A DNA stretch of 63,282 nt, the filler included, from Octopus bimaculoides (lineage: Eukaryota): assembly GCF_001194135.2 (NCBI RefSeq). It is 5 parts of 5 records of this genome, joined end to end, with 100 filler letters (N's around TTAATTAATTAA, not from the genome) between each part and the next. Parts side by side here need not be neighbours in the genome. Positions count along the whole stretch, not along the records: positions 62,136 to 63,282 come from NW_026299777.1; 4 more parts are not named here. The stretch is one strand, 5' to 3'. The stretch's first letter is position 1, and every line of letters starts with the position of its first letter. This document shows positions 63,248 to 63,282 of this stretch, piece by piece. Below the pieces are notes generated by a model that saw only the letters and a list, made by a program, of their open reading frames with translations, did not search any database and was not told where the DNA came from. A program made the translations under genes and the position numbers.

Positions 63248-63282
<35 letters not shown>

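Overview
Repeat-rich, AT-rich animal genomic scaffold with many assembly gaps, including four N-gaps carrying an artificial TTAATTAATTAA linker. The dense microsatellites and the tRNA-derived SINE families point to an octopus or other coleoid cephalopod (inference). One protein-coding gene is clearly recognisable: MBD4 (HhH-GPD T:G/U:G DNA glycosylase) on the minus strand. Five spliced coding exons (42344-51178) join in frame; the 5' part, including any methyl-CpG-binding domain, is not visible and the largest exon runs into an unsized gap. The rest is a mosaic of SINEs, R4/Dong-like and RTE LINE fragments, Tc1/mariner and hAT relics, and Penelope-like element (PLE) remnants. The most notable pattern not explained by the ORF track is a set of minimal type-I hammerhead ribozyme motifs from PLE termini. 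At three loci (1.5-2.45 kb, 9.0-9.3 kb, 41.8-41.9 kb) they occur as divergent inverted pairs forming fold-backs, and one copy with an intact core lies on the MBD4 sense strand about 0.5 kb past its stop codon. A strong 27-nt microexon candidate (36124-36150, +) and a possible minus-strand terminal exon ending in EDEL (26253-26360) hint at further unannotated genes. Most long ORFs in the supplied track are microsatellite or N-gap artefacts. All calls are by eye; no searches or folding were run, and repeat boundaries are approximate.
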